A stretch of DNA of 63,026 nucleotides, counting the filler, from Octopus bimaculoides (lineage: Eukaryota): the NCBI RefSeq assembly GCF_001194135.2. It is 5 parts of 5 records of this genome, joined end to end, with 100 filler letters (N's around TTAATTAATTAA, not from the genome) between each part and the next. Parts side by side here need not be neighbours in the genome. Positions count along the whole stretch, not along the records: positions 1 to 29,332 come from NC_069004.1; 4 more parts are not named here. One strand, written 5' to 3'. The first letter of the stretch is position 1; the number at the start of each line of letters is the position of its first letter. Below are positions 11,481-24,030 of the stretch, piece after piece. Under the pieces are notes generated by a model. The model searched no databases and was not told the origin of the DNA. It saw nothing but the letters and a program-made list of their open reading frames with translations. Both the position numbers and the translations under genes were made by a program.

Positions 11481-12299
11481 TACGATCTATTTGTGTTTTA
11501 TCTTCCACCTTAATCAGTTTCTTAACGATGTACACCTATCATTTGTATATAATATATATTTCCAACTGAAAAGCAGATGGTGGAAAGAACTGGCACATGG
11601 TAACATTTACTTTTCTCAGCATCGGAATAAGAAATACTATTTTTGTAGCCTAATTCTTATTGTGTTGTACTAACTCGTATATATGAATGAAGTTAGAATC
11701 TCAATGCATAAATATTTGTCTTTTTCCACCTAGTTTGAAGATAGTATAACTAGAAAATTATCAGATGGATTACATCACATCTCGAGAAATATTCGAAATT
11801 TGGAAAATATATAAAAAAAACCTTAATCGCAAAAAATCTAGAGCTTACAGAGAAAAACTAACTTCATATTTGAATGCAGCATACTCAAATTAGGTAAATG
11901 TTGGTATCAATGCAACAAAAATTTTGTTGGTCAGTGTAAGCTCAGTTAATCGGAATACATTTTACCACATCATATCTGTATTGAGTGTGTAGAACACCTC
12001 TATGAGGTATGTTCTCGCAACACAATTGCTGATATAAATATATAAAGATGATTAAGTTGAGAGCTAGACAAACAGATATAGGAAGAGAGGATATTTGTTA
12101 TCTCTATTAAATTAGCAATTTTTGCATGTATTTTGTGGTGTGTGTTTTTCCTGGGTGGTTTTAATTCTGCTTTTTTTTTTTCACACAAACATCTCTTCTC
12201 TAAACACGATTTTAGGTTTTAATGCAGAGTTCATTTGTGAAAAGAGTACAGCTCAGATGCTAAACCTAGTGAGAATCTATTATGATTAACTGGAATGAG

Positions 12300-12439
12300 G
12301 TCTTCATGCCTGTTTGAAAATGGAAAATAATGAAAAGCGTGAAATGTTTTGTTCAGGACAACAACGCGCCACCCGGTCTGGGAATCGAATCCACGATCTA
12401 GCAATCGTGAGTGCAATACCCTAATCACTAGGCTACGCA

Positions 12440-12440
<1 letters not shown>
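12300..12440 (-). mobile_element. tRNA-derived SINE head, second family (here family D)
   Basis: Minus strand GTGCGTAGCCTAGTGATTAGGG (A-box) and GGATTCGATTCC (B-box). No tRNA acceptor stem. Confidence 0.65.
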
Positions 12441-12507
<67 letters not shown>

Positions 12508-12688
12508 GCGTGCGTTTATGTGACACAGTATATAAGTGTGTGTAAGTGCATGTTTGCGTACACATGGATGTGTACATATATGTATGTGTACCTGTGTTTG
12601 CATGAGCGTATGAGTACATGAATGTGCATACGTGTATCACTTACGATCAGAAACCATGAGAGTCAGTACCTGGTATTGCATCAGGACA

Positions 12689-12974
12689 TTTATTATTATT
12701 ATTGAGTGAGAGAGCAGTGCATGCCATCAAAGTGACACTGGGCTTAAATATACGAAGCCCATTATACCCATCGTGACTACCCGTCTGATAAGGGTACACT
12801 AGGCACATGCATCACAACCATATGTGCGCGATATGGTGATCTCATATCAAGATAAACAGCGCATGACCTCGCGGGTGGGGCCCAGTTAGAATTTTCTTCA
12901 GGTCGAGTAGCCCATTCTGCTCAAAAGTTCCCTTAATAAGGGTTGTTTAAGGATGTTGAATGAAACACCCATGT
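12689..12974 (-). mobile_element. 3' end of an interspersed retroelement with a (TAA)n tail
   Basis: Begins at a TTATTATTA tract. I recall this sequence as an abundant octopus repeat. Runs into an N gap and no ORF is visible. Confidence 0.55.
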
Positions 12975-14051
12975 NNNNNNNNNNNNNNNNNNNNNNNNNN
13001 NNNNNNNNNNNNNNNNNNNNNNNNNNNNNNNNNNNNNNNNNNNNNNNNNNNNNNNNNNNNNNNNNNNNNNNNNNNNNNNNNNNNNNNNNNNNNNNNNNNN
13101 NNNNNNNNNNNNNNNNNNNNNNNNNNNNNNNNNNNNNNNNNNNNNNNNNNNNNNNNNNNNNNNNNNNNNNNNNNNNNNNNNNNNNNNNNNNNNNNNNNNN
13201 NNNNNNNNNNNNNNNNNNNNNNNNNNNNNNNNNNNNNNNNNNNNNNNNNNNNNNNNNNNNNNNNNNNNNNNNNNNNNNNNNNNNNNNNNNNNNNNNNNNN
13301 NNNNNNNNNNNNNNNNNNNNNNNNNNNNNNNNNNNNNNNNNNNNNNNNNNNNNNNNNNNNNNNNNNNNNNNNNNNNNNNNNNNNNNNNNNNNNNNNNNNN
13401 NNNNNNNNNNNNNNNNNNNNNNNNNNNNNNNNNNNNNNNNNNNNNNNNNNNNNNNNNNNNNNNNNNNNNNNNNNNNNNNNNNNNNNNNNNNNNNNNNNNN
13501 NNNNNNNNNNNNNNNNNNNNNNNNNNNNNNNNNNNNNNNNNNNNNNNNNNNNNNNNNNNNNNNNNNNNNNNNNNNNNNNNNNNNNNNNNNNNNNNNNNNN
13601 NNNNNNNNNNNNNNNNNNNNNNNNNNNNNNNNNNNNNNNNNNNNNNNNNNNNNNNNNNNNNNNNNNNNNNNNNNNNNNNNNNNNNNNNNNNNNNNNNNNN
13701 NNNNNNNNNNNNNNNNNNNNNNNNNNNNNNNNNNNNNNNNNNNNNNNNNNNNNNNNNNNNNNNNNNNNNNNNNNNNNNNNNNNNNNNNNNNNNNNNNNNN
13801 NNNNNNNNNNNNNNNNNNNNNNNNNNNNNNNNNNNNNNNNNNNNNNNNNNNNNNNNNNNNNNNNNNNNNNNNNNNNNNNNNNNNNNNNNNNNNNNNNNNN
13901 NNNNNNNNNNNNNNNNNNNNNATTCCATTATGCAGCTGAGGAGTACATTTTCATTGTACATTCTGTCGTGTTCTCACTACATGAATAAATGGAGCTTGTA
14001 CGAAACGTACGTACTGCTATAACCTATTGAATTTTTGTTGCTTATCTTCAA

Positions 14052-14085
<34 letters not shown>

Positions 14086-14771
14086 GCATATATGTATGTA
14101 TGTACGCGCGCGCGCGTGTATTCTCTCAGCCCGACCTTTAAACTTGTCTTTTTCCTTCTCATTGCAAAAACATACTTTCCAATATATTTTTAGATGCTAC
14201 TAAAAATACGAAAACGGTCACGGCTTAAATGATTTTTATCATGGATCTAGTCCCAGGGCTGAACTGGAACACCTCCCACAACTACCATTTGTTGACAATA
14301 CTACTATTTCTTCTCTCTACTTTTTTCTTAAAGTCATCTGCAATCTCCGTTCTTCCGGACCTAGATAATTACATACTCTTTCCACTCATGCTTCGACACT
14401 CCTCCTCATTTTTCCGTCACCCTAATCATACTGACGGGCATTAAATAATTTGTTCGTCTAAACTTCCCTACTCAAGACAGCGACTCACTGTAAGTTCAGA
14501 CTCACACGTCTTCCTACGAACGTTGATATTTTCTATCGTTTTATCAATGAAGGAAGATCAGCATCCAGGATTCTTTATGGTTTGAAAGTTTCATGGACAA
14601 GTTGTAGAAAGAAAGATATTCCTCCCGAAAGGATTACACGATTGTGAGTGATCTGGCGACCAAGTACTCAAAACAAAAAGACCCAGAACAAACAATATAA
14701 GGTATTTAAGATATTTAGTTTGACCCTCTGACAATTCTTCCAATCAACTGCTGGAAGAATAAACTGACTTC

Positions 14772-14883
14772 GCCGAAAGTCCGACCCGGCCGAAAGTCCG
14801 ACCCGGCCGGAAGTCCGGTCTGGCCGAAAGTCCGAAAGTTCGATTTGGGCGGAAAGTCCAATTTGGGCCGAAAGTTCGTCTAC
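14772..14883. repeat. GC-rich ~17-18 bp tandem array (GCCGAAAGTCCGACCCG), possibly subterminal repeats of a foldback/MULE-like element
   Basis: About 6-7 progressively diverging units, ending in GAAAGTTCGTCTAC just before an N gap. Confidence 0.6.
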
Positions 14884-15567
14884 TTCAATATNNNNNNNNN
14901 NNNNNNNNNNNNNNNNNNNNNNNNNNNNNNNNNNNNNNNNNNNNNNNNNNNNNNNNNNNNNNNNNNNNNNNNNNNNNNNNNNNNNNNNNNNNNNNNNNNN
15001 NNNNNNNNNNNNNNNNNNNNNNNNNNNNNNNNNNNNNNNNNNNNNNNNNNNNNNNNNNNNNNNNNNNNNNNNNNNNNNNNNNNNNNNNNNNNNNNNNNNN
15101 NNNNNNNNNNNNNNNNNNNNNNNNNNNNNNNNNNNNNNNNNNNNNNNNNNNNNNNNNNNNNNNNNNNNNNNNNNNNNNNNNNNNNNNNNNNNNNNNNNNN
15201 NNNNNNNNNNNNNNNNNNNNNNNNNNNNNNNNNNNNNNNNNNNNNNNNNNNNNNNNNNNNNNNNNNNNNNNNNNNNNNNNNNNNNNNNNNNNNNNNNNNN
15301 NNNNNNNNNNNNNNNNNNNNNNNNNNNNNNNNNNNNNNNNNNNNNNNNNNNNNNNNNNNNNNNNNNNNNNNNNNNNNNNNNNNNNNNNNNNNNNNNNNNN
15401 NNNNNNNNNNNNNNNNNNNNNNNNNNNNNNNNNNNNNNNNNNNNNNNNNNNNNNNNNNNNNNNNNNNNNNNNNNNNNNNNNNNNNNNNNNNNNNNNNNNN
15501 NNNNNNNNNNNNNNNNNNNNNNNNNNNNNNNNNNNNNNNNNNNNNNNNNNNNNNNNNNNNNNNNNNN

Positions 15568-15609
<42 letters not shown>

Positions 15610-15610
15610 G

Positions 15611-15671
<61 letters not shown>

Positions 15672-15676
<5 letters not shown>

Positions 15677-15890
15677 TGTGCCTGTGTTTGTCCCCACTAC
15701 CGCTCGACAACCGGTGTTGGTGTGTTTACGTCCCCGTAACCTAGTAGTTCGGCAAAAGAGGCTGATAGAATAAGTAGCAGGCTTTAAAAAATATTGGGGT
15801 CGATTTATTCGACTAAAAGTTCTTCAAGGCGGCGCCCCAGCATAACTGCTGTCTAATGATTGAAACAAGTAAAAAAAAGACAGAAGATAG
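15672..15890 (+). mobile_element. SINE family A 3' half
   Basis: GTTTACGTCCCCGTAACC...GATAGAATAAG...CTTCAAGGCGGCGCCCCAGCAT...GAAACAAGTAAA. Confidence 0.85.
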
Positions 15891-16276
15891 TTACACACAT
15901 ATGAACGCATCTAAATGTATAAGAGGATGTGAAGAAGCACTTTTGAACTCAATGACTATGTGCATGCGCGTGCGCGATGTGTGTGACTGTGTACACAGAT
16001 ATGTGTTGTATTTATGCATGTACGAACCCATTTACATAAACACATGCGCCCACGCATATACACATAGGGTCACGCACGCACACATTCATACGTGTGTACA
16101 TGTACGGCTATCAGTTCATTATAACGTACGACTTCGTATCATACTCGATATATGGTTGCACATTTTCATGTATATGTGTATGTATGTATGTATGTACAGT
16201 GTACATACATATATGCATACACACATACACAACACATATATGTATACATACATGCACACAATACATACACATAATG

Positions 16277-16341
<65 letters not shown>

Positions 16342-16928
16342 CATTTATAACCATTTGTATATATTATATACAGAAGCACAAACTAAACACACACCTATAT
16401 ACATACATGCATACATGCATACACACATACAAACACACACACACACATATATATATATAGATTTACACGTATACATGTGTGTGTATCTATATTACATAGA
16501 TGCATGCATAACTATATATGTGTGTGTGTATGTATGTATATATATGTGTGTGTATGCATGTATGTATGTATGCATGAGTATATATATAATTTATATAAAG
16601 CAAATCTGTCGTTAAGTCCTCCATCCAACCATACCCTCACCGACACTTCCCCTCCACCCCAACATCCGCTCAATAAGACATGATGTTTGTTTGTTCTACC
16701 TGCTGCAGTGGATTGTGAAGGAATAGATCTCGGTTTCACAGGCCTCATCTGGTGGGAGAGGGAGGAAGGTCGACTCTCCTCTGGGACGCACTTACACTGC
16801 TGAGCTTTCTTAACGACTGACACCTGCGGGTGGCATATTCTTCTTTTATCGCCTGTCTGTCGGTTTGCCTGCCTGTCTGTGTGTCTGTGTGTCGATGTGT
16901 CTGTCAGTCTGTCTGTCTGTACGTCTGC

Positions 16929-16960
<32 letters not shown>

Positions 16961-18520
16961 TTGTCTGCCTGTCTGCCTGCCTGCCTATCTGTCTGTCTAC
17001 TTGCCAGCCTGCCTGCCTGCCTGCCTGCCTGTCTNNNNNNNNNNNNNNNNNNNNNNNNNNNNNNNNNNNNNNNNNNNNNNNNNNNNNNNNNNNNNNNNNN
17101 NNNNNNNNNNNNNNNNNNNNNNNNNNNNNNNNNNNNNNNNNNNNNNNNNNNNNNNNNNNNNNNNNNNNNNNNNNNNNNNNNNNNNNNNNNNNNNNNNNNN
17201 NNNNNNNNNNNNNNNNNNNNNNNNNNNNNNNNNNNNNNNNNNNNNNNNNNNNNNNNNNNNNNNNNNNNNNNNNNNNNNNNNNNNNNNNNNNNNNNNNNNN
17301 NNNNNNNNNNNNNNNNNNNNNNNNNNNNNNNNNNNNNNNNNNNNNNNNNNNNNNNNNNNNNNNNNNNNNNNNNNNNNNNNNNNNNNNNNNNNNNNNNNNN
17401 NNNNNNNNNNNNNNNNNNNNNNNNNNNNNNNNNNNNNNNNNNNNNNNNNNNNNNNNNNNNNNNNNNNNNNNNNNNNNNNNNNNNNNNNNNNNNNNNNNNN
17501 NNNNNNNNNNNNNNNNNNNNNNNNNNNNNNNNNNNNNNNNNNNNNNNNNNNNNNNNNNNNNNNNNNNNNNAAAAAAAAAAATACCGAAGCATGACAGATT
17601 AGATAATGTCGTTTATGGTATTCTGTACTTAATAAAGAAAACAAAAATGGGAAGGACAAAGCTGGAACGTCTTTCATCTTAGCTTTGCTTTTGATTTTTA
17701 GCTTTTTCAGTGACTCCAGCGGTCTGAAACGTTTATTTTGAATTCAGTCAATTTGTCTGATAACATACTACATTAGTGTGGTTCCAGCCCGCAACAATTC
17801 TCATGTAAAGATTTTGTACTACAAATTCAGAAGTGGTGGTATTTTGCCGCCGCCCACGTGCATGTACAACGACTATCGCAACAAAAGGTCCGCCATTTGT
17901 TTACGGGTTGAACAAGTTCGCGCTGAGCTTGGTTTATACTTAGGCAAGGCTTCACCAGACAACCAGCCTCGCTTTCTCGTCTCTGTTTTCTTGGACCAGT
18001 AACAAGGCAATCAAGACGATTGCAGGGTATGCCAGAGATGCAGTGGGACGACTTGGGTATCTGTAACTCATTATTCTCTGAAGTACGCACCTCACATCGA
18101 TATTGCTACGTCGCCCATCTCCTTGTTGAAACTTGACTAGTGATGGTTGGGTTTCCTTTGTGCAATCGACCGGAAATAACTCTTAGCAAGCATCTTAGAT
18201 AGACAGACAGATACACACACGTGCATATGCATGTATGTATATGTGTACACTGGTTAACTAATGTGTACACACTCACACCATTAATTGTTATACGATCTTT
18301 GATAAGTGTTTGCTCCAAACCCCCCTTTGTCTAAAAAATAAAAATAAAATAAACTCCACCTCACCAAGGAAGCTTGATGTGGTTACCCGTTTTGTGTGCG
18401 ACTAGGGCCATGTGTTGAAAGAAAGTTGATCAATAGGGAACTGTGAGTCGTCTGTCGTAAAACTATAAATATACTCCTCAGCTGCATAATGGAATTTCAT
18501 TTTAGAAAGTCATTTTGAAG

Positions 18521-19656
18521 ATGTTTGCAAAAAACAAGAGTAAGAGAAGAAAACATACAATCTCGACTATGCTGCTGTTCCAACAACAACAACCACAGCA
18601 ACAGCAGCAACAGTTGCAACTACAACAGCAACAACAAGAACAACAAAAACAGCAACAACAGGTACAACAGCAACTACAACAACAACAGCAAAATCAACAG
18701 CTGTTAGAATTATTGTTGCAGTCCAAAAACCCTTCAGGTTCATTTTTGGCAGATGGATTGCTAATTCAATTGAAGAATATTCTTATAATCCAGAAGAAGG
18801 GTTTACGTTTTCTGCATACTTCAGAAGGTATGAAGTAATGTAGAAACTGGACGGACGAAAAGAATGTACGACTTCTTTTAAGGAAATTTCACACGCAGAA
18901 CATGAAAAGTATTGCAATTACACTCCGCCGAGAAAACCACCTGAAATTTGTTTCGAGAAAATAATCAAACTGCTATCTAAAATATTTAGTGAAAGAAGTT
19001 CACTATTTGATATTCGTTGGGAGTACATGACTTTGGAAAAAACAAAAAAGAACAAAAAACAAGAAACTGAAGATTTCGTCACGTATGCCGGAATCGTAAA
19101 CAGAGAATGTGAAAAATTTAAACTAAACGAATTAACCCCGGACATGTTCAAATGTCTAATCTTTGTACAAGGATTAACTGCAAGCAAAGATGCAGATATA
19201 CGGACTCGGATATTGACAAAACTAGAACAGGATTCGAAACTAACTCTACAGGCAGTGACTGAAAAATGCCAAAAGATTATAAATTTACGACAGGACGCAG
19301 AAAAAATTGAAAACGGTTATTCAAATATGCATACATGTCGACTTATAACAGATAAGGAAAAAGAAAAACAACAGTCAAGGCCCAAACTATGCTATGGATG
19401 TGAAGAAATACATTTAAAAAGAAACTGTCCTTTTAAAAATCTGAAATGTTTTGGATGTGGAAAAGTCAGGCATAAGAATTCACATTGTTGTGTGAAAAAA
19501 AAAAGGTCGAATGATAAAAAATTCGAGAAAAAAGTATTGTCAACACAAATGCAAAGCGGGGCACAAAAAAGAAAATTTGTCTCCATAAAAATAATTAATG
19601 TAAAAACGAGACTACAGTTGGACACAGGTAGTGATATCACGATAATTAACGAATAA
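18521..19656 (+). pseudogene. gag: gag-protease pseudogene of the Mag-like element
   Basis: ORFs 18515-18838 and 19027-19656, linked by frameshifts and stops. Confidence 0.85.
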
Positions 19657-20152
19657 CACCTAACCCCAACACCACTTCGGGTATGTCACCGGCTGAACTA
19701 ATGTTCGCCAGGAAAGTCAGACCAGTGTTTGACAAATTACTACCGGGAAGAAAAGAGAAAATGGAGAGAAACTCTGAAACTAAAATAAAATACTTCAAAA
19801 TCGGTGACAACATGTTTCTTAAAATATACAGAAATGGAAAGTTGGGAAGAAGGTATAATAAGTAAACGTTTAGGAAGAATAACGTACATGGTAAAAGGTC
19901 ATACGTGGGAACACAAAAGACATTTAAACCAACTGAAAAAAATGGTTTACGGAAGACAGAATAAGACATGAAAAACCAATGGAATTTCTTTATGACATTT
20001 TTGATGTCTCGGTACCTCAAGGAATAGTCAAACCAACGAGTACATCGATTAGGAAAATAAAACAAACAGAATTTTTGCAAGTAGAGCCAAAACGAAAAAA
20101 ATATTCCAATTTCTTCCCGGGAATAAGGTAAAAAAAGAGGTGGGGAGAGAGG
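18521..20152 (+). mobile_element. Internally deleted Mag-like Ty3/Gypsy retrotransposon: gag, protease start, integrase C-terminus and PPT
   Basis: PolyQ N-terminus; FTFSAYFRRYE; FKCLIFVQGL; zinc knuckles CYGCEEIHLKRNC and CFGCGKVRHKNSHC; protease LQLDTGSDITII; integrase tail TPNPNTTSGMSPAELMFARK; purine tract at ~20130-20152. Confidence 0.9.
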
Positions 20153-20943
20153 TGGTAATAAATATATAATAAATAAATGAAAAATATTAACTTCTAAGGA
20201 AAGTCAAGCTCAAAAAGGGGAGACGTGGTGAAATCCTGACACACCTGTGGGATATCAAGTGAACTCTCCCAAACCTTATAAAGTCGCATGCGTACTGACA
20301 GTGCGAGGCACAGTGTGGTGTGTGCAGTCGCATTTGTGAAGGCAGTCGTAGAAGTCGTTGGGAAGAGATATCTATCGGTGATAATACACTCACTCTTTGT
20401 ATGTATGTATGTATGTATGTATGTATGTATGTATGTATGTATGTATGTATGTGTGCGTGTGTGTATGTATGTATGCATGCATGCATGTATGTATGTATGT
20501 GTGTGTGTGAATGTGTGTGTGTATGTATGTATTTATGTCTGTCTGTCTGTCTGTATGTATGTATGTATGTATGTATGTGTACTCGCAAACATACTGTCTC
20601 TTATCTCTCACCACCCATGGATATTTCGCTTCCTTATAACTTTATGATCTTGTGCGCGCGCATACATGTATACGTGAATGTAACCGCCTTTTCGTTTGTG
20701 TGTGCTCGTGTTTGTGCGCGAGTGCAATGTTTGTGATTGTGAGTGTCTGCCCATGAATGTATGCATGTTATGTTTCTGTCAATCTGTATATCTTCAAGCT
20801 ATACATATTACCTCACCGTCAACGCTGCCGTACACCCCACCCACCTTCAGTTTAATTAGACATCAACATTGAACAATTTTATTAGACAGTTGTCTACCAT
20901 CTCCGAGCTGACACCGATAATGAGACATCGTATAGTTGTTACA

Positions 20944-20982
<39 letters not shown>

Positions 20983-21644
20983 ATGTATGCATATGTGTGT
21001 GTATATGTGTGTATATATGTAACTGTGTGTTTGTATGTGTGTGTATATTTGTTTGTTTGTCTGTGTGTGTGCGCGCGTGTGTATGTATGCGTGTGTATGT
21101 TTAGATAGATATATTGTAAACAAGTCTATATGTAATAAATATGTGTATATATCCCATCCCTGTGAGTTGCTTTCCATCCATCAATATAAGAAACAACCAA
21201 CAAAAATACACACACACACGCACGCACGCGCACTCACACACACACACAGAACCCACATACCCACACACGCACCCCACCACATGTAAGTATATGTGTGCAT
21301 GCTTATATGTATGAGCATGTATGTGTGTAATGTATATATATGTGCGTAAACACGTGCATACACACACACATATACACTTTAACTTAGCGCTAACACGCTA
21401 ACTTAAATGTACCCTTTCACAGTGACATACTAATTTTGTATAATGAAGATATAGAATATATACAGTTACATGGAAGTAAGGGGATAAGTCGCGAAAGCTA
21501 TGCAGTCAAGTGGGTAAATGAAATAGAAAGGGTTGGAGTATACCTATGATGAAAGGCTCCCGGTCGTGATCATCTCATTTTTATGGAATTATCAAACTTT
21601 CTAATGTGTATGTATGTATGTATGTATGTATGTATGTATGTATG

Positions 21645-22068
21645 TACTCTTTTACTTGTTTCAGTAATTTGACTGTGGCTATGCTGGAGTATCGCCTTTA
21701 GTCGAGCAAATCCACCCCAGGACTTATTCTTTGTAAGCCTAGTACTTATTCTATCGGTCTCTTTTGCCGAACCGCTAAGTTACGGGGACGTGAACACACC
21801 AGCATTGGTTGTCAAGCGATGCTGGGGTGACACACACACACACACACACATACACACACACACACGCACACACACACACACTCACACACATACATAAATA
21901 TACATATATACGACGGGCTTCTTTCAGTTTCCGTCTACCAAATCTACTCACAAGGCTTTGGTCGGCCCGAGGCCATAGTAGAAGACACTTTCTCAAGATG
22001 CCACGCAGTGGGACTGAACCCGGAACCAAGTGGTTGGTAAGCGAGCTATTTACCACACAGCCACTCCT
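21645..22068 (-). mobile_element. SINE family A, full length with a central CA microsatellite
   Basis: Complete head-to-tail match to the other family A copies. Confidence 0.92.
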
Positions 22069-22478
22069 ATTACTGTAGTTTACTCCGAGGGAACATCAAT
22101 AAGTTAATTAACCAAAGAATCAATAATGATGTTCTATTTTCCATTACAAAATTTGAAACAATTTTGTAAAGATAACTGGAACTTTACAACTCCAATCATG
22201 ATAGTAGCATTAGTTACGTATAGCATGAGATAAATAAATGTAATAAAATTATAAGACTGGACGATAGCAGTACAGTCTTTGCTACATATGTTTCAAGGTA
22301 TTTTATTGATTATGCGTTCATTACGTAATTGTAAAATACCTGTCATAACTTAAGGCATCCAGGTGCCAAGATGATAGAAGTCAGTTGTTTACTTTCGAAC
22401 AGTCAAAATCGGAAAGCATGGATTGAACCGCTATCTTCCATTCTTATAATTCTACTCTGTGTGTGTGTGTGTACGTGT

Positions 22479-22509
<31 letters not shown>

Positions 22510-22921
22510 NNNNNNNNNNNNNNNNNNNNNNNNNNNNNNNNNNNNNNNNNNNNNNNNNNNNNNNNNNNNNNNNNNNNNNNNNNNNNNNNNNNNNNNNNNN
22601 NNNNNNNNNNNNNNNNNNNNNNNNNNNNNNNNNNNNNNNNNNNNNNNNNNNNNNNNNNNNNNNNNNNNNNNNNNNNNNNNNNNNNNNNNNNNNNNNNNNN
22701 NNNNNNNNNNNNNNNNNNNNNNNNNNNNNNNNNNNNNNNNNNNNNNNNNNNNNNNNNNNNNNNNNNNNNNNNNNNNNNNNNNNNNNNNNNNNNNNNNNNN
22801 NNNNNNNNNNNNNNNNNNNNNNNNNNNNNNNNNNNNNNNNNNNNNNNNNNNNNNNNNNNNNNNNNNNNNNNNNNNNNNNNNNNNNNNNNNNNNNNNNNNN
22901 NNNNNNNNNNNNNNNNNNNNN

Positions 22922-22958
<37 letters not shown>

Positions 22959-23146
22959 TTTAATATATACAATTACAAAAGAGCTACTAATAGTTTCATG
23001 CTTCAAAATACATTAAACTGGCAAATTTATTTCACATGCTATGCATCTTCTAGCAATCTTTCAGGATCAGTTCATAACGTTAAATGTATTTAAAAGCCAG
23101 GACGCTGGTCTATGAGAAAACATGAGAAACAACGAGAAGGAAAAGC

Positions 23147-23732
23147 GTGAAGAAGATTTTTAAAAGACCCTCGATACAAATTTCGTACACCTACTGCCCC
23201 AAAGACATTATTACTCGTGAGTCACACCAACATCCCATTTCCAGCTGTATTTGTCAAGACTCTGAAGCTTGCCCACGTGAACAGGCGTGTTTGGTAAACA
23301 CAGTTTTTATGAATCCGAAGTTACACTAGTGCTCCAAGACAACATTATTCAGAAGAAAAATTACATCGGTTTATGGGAAGGCAATTTTAAAAGCCGCAGT
23401 GCAAACCAACTGTCTTCTTTCCGACACATTGATAAAAATAAGGCCACTAAATGGATAGCCATATATAGGATCTGGAGACCAAATGCACACCACATACAAT
23501 CAAATCGTAGATTTGACTGTAGATAAATCTACAAAGAATCGTAGATAAATCTACGCCATAAATAAACGGATCAAAGAGATGCATTAAAGGCGTAACTGAA
23601 AGACCACACATTCTTTTTAGGTCTAAGAATTTCACCACCCTACTTAATTCCAAATCCAAAATTTTTAGCGAACGCAAGCACACGGTCAAGTTTCTTTCAT
23701 GCAACTGGAAGACACCACCTGCTCCGGATTGA
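23147..23732 (+). mobile_element. Penelope-like element: linker and GIY-YIG endonuclease pseudogene fragment
   Basis: IQISY; CICQDSEACP..ACLVNTV; FYESEVT; KNYIGLWEGNFKSR; SSFRH; INGSKRC; LLNSKSKIFSERKH. Same architecture as 43090-44020. Confidence 0.75.
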
Positions 23733-23801
23733 GTGACTGTCTCACAGACTTTAGTCTCCTTCCTGTTACATTATTCTACCTCAGCTACATTAATTATGGT
23801 T

Positions 23802-24030
23802 TCTTATTTCTTTATTGCCTACAAGGGGCTAAAGATAGAGGGGACAAACAAAGGGATCAAGTCGATTACATCGACCCCAGTGCGTAACTGGTACTTAATT
23901 TATCGATCCCGAAAGGATGAAAGGCAAAGTCGACCTCGGCGAAATTTGAACTCAGAACGTAGTGGCAGACGAAATACCGTTAAGCATTTCGCCCGGCGTG
24001 CTAACGTTTCTGCCAACTTGCCACCTTCGA
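23802..24030 (-). mobile_element. tRNA-derived SINE family B with a 17-bp target-site duplication
   Basis: TSD CTACATTAATTATGGTT at 23785-23801 and 24031-24047. Core CCTTTCATCCTTTCGGGATCGATAAATTAAGTACCAG. Confidence 0.92.

Larger units (their letters stand above)
8960..11936 (+). mobile_element. Chapaev3-type (CMC) DNA transposon, decayed, carrying a SINE insertion
   Basis: Right end CAGTG followed by TAA. The region ~8960-9085 aligns imperfectly with the reverse complement of ~11820-11936 (long TIR). Transposase pseudogene inside. Confidence 0.7.

Noticed and set aside
12380-12440. tRNA-like sequences (also the SINE heads at 1233, 22030, 24000 and 34150)
   Set aside because: They have A/B boxes but no acceptor stem, and they continue into SINE bodies. 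They are not tRNA genes.
13936-13965. CTGAGGA followed by a GTACA/TGTAC hairpin
   Set aside because: There is no GAAA after the stem.
18570-18710. PolyQ tract as a host transcription-factor exon
   Set aside because: It runs directly into Mag-like gag motifs and belongs to the retrotransposon.
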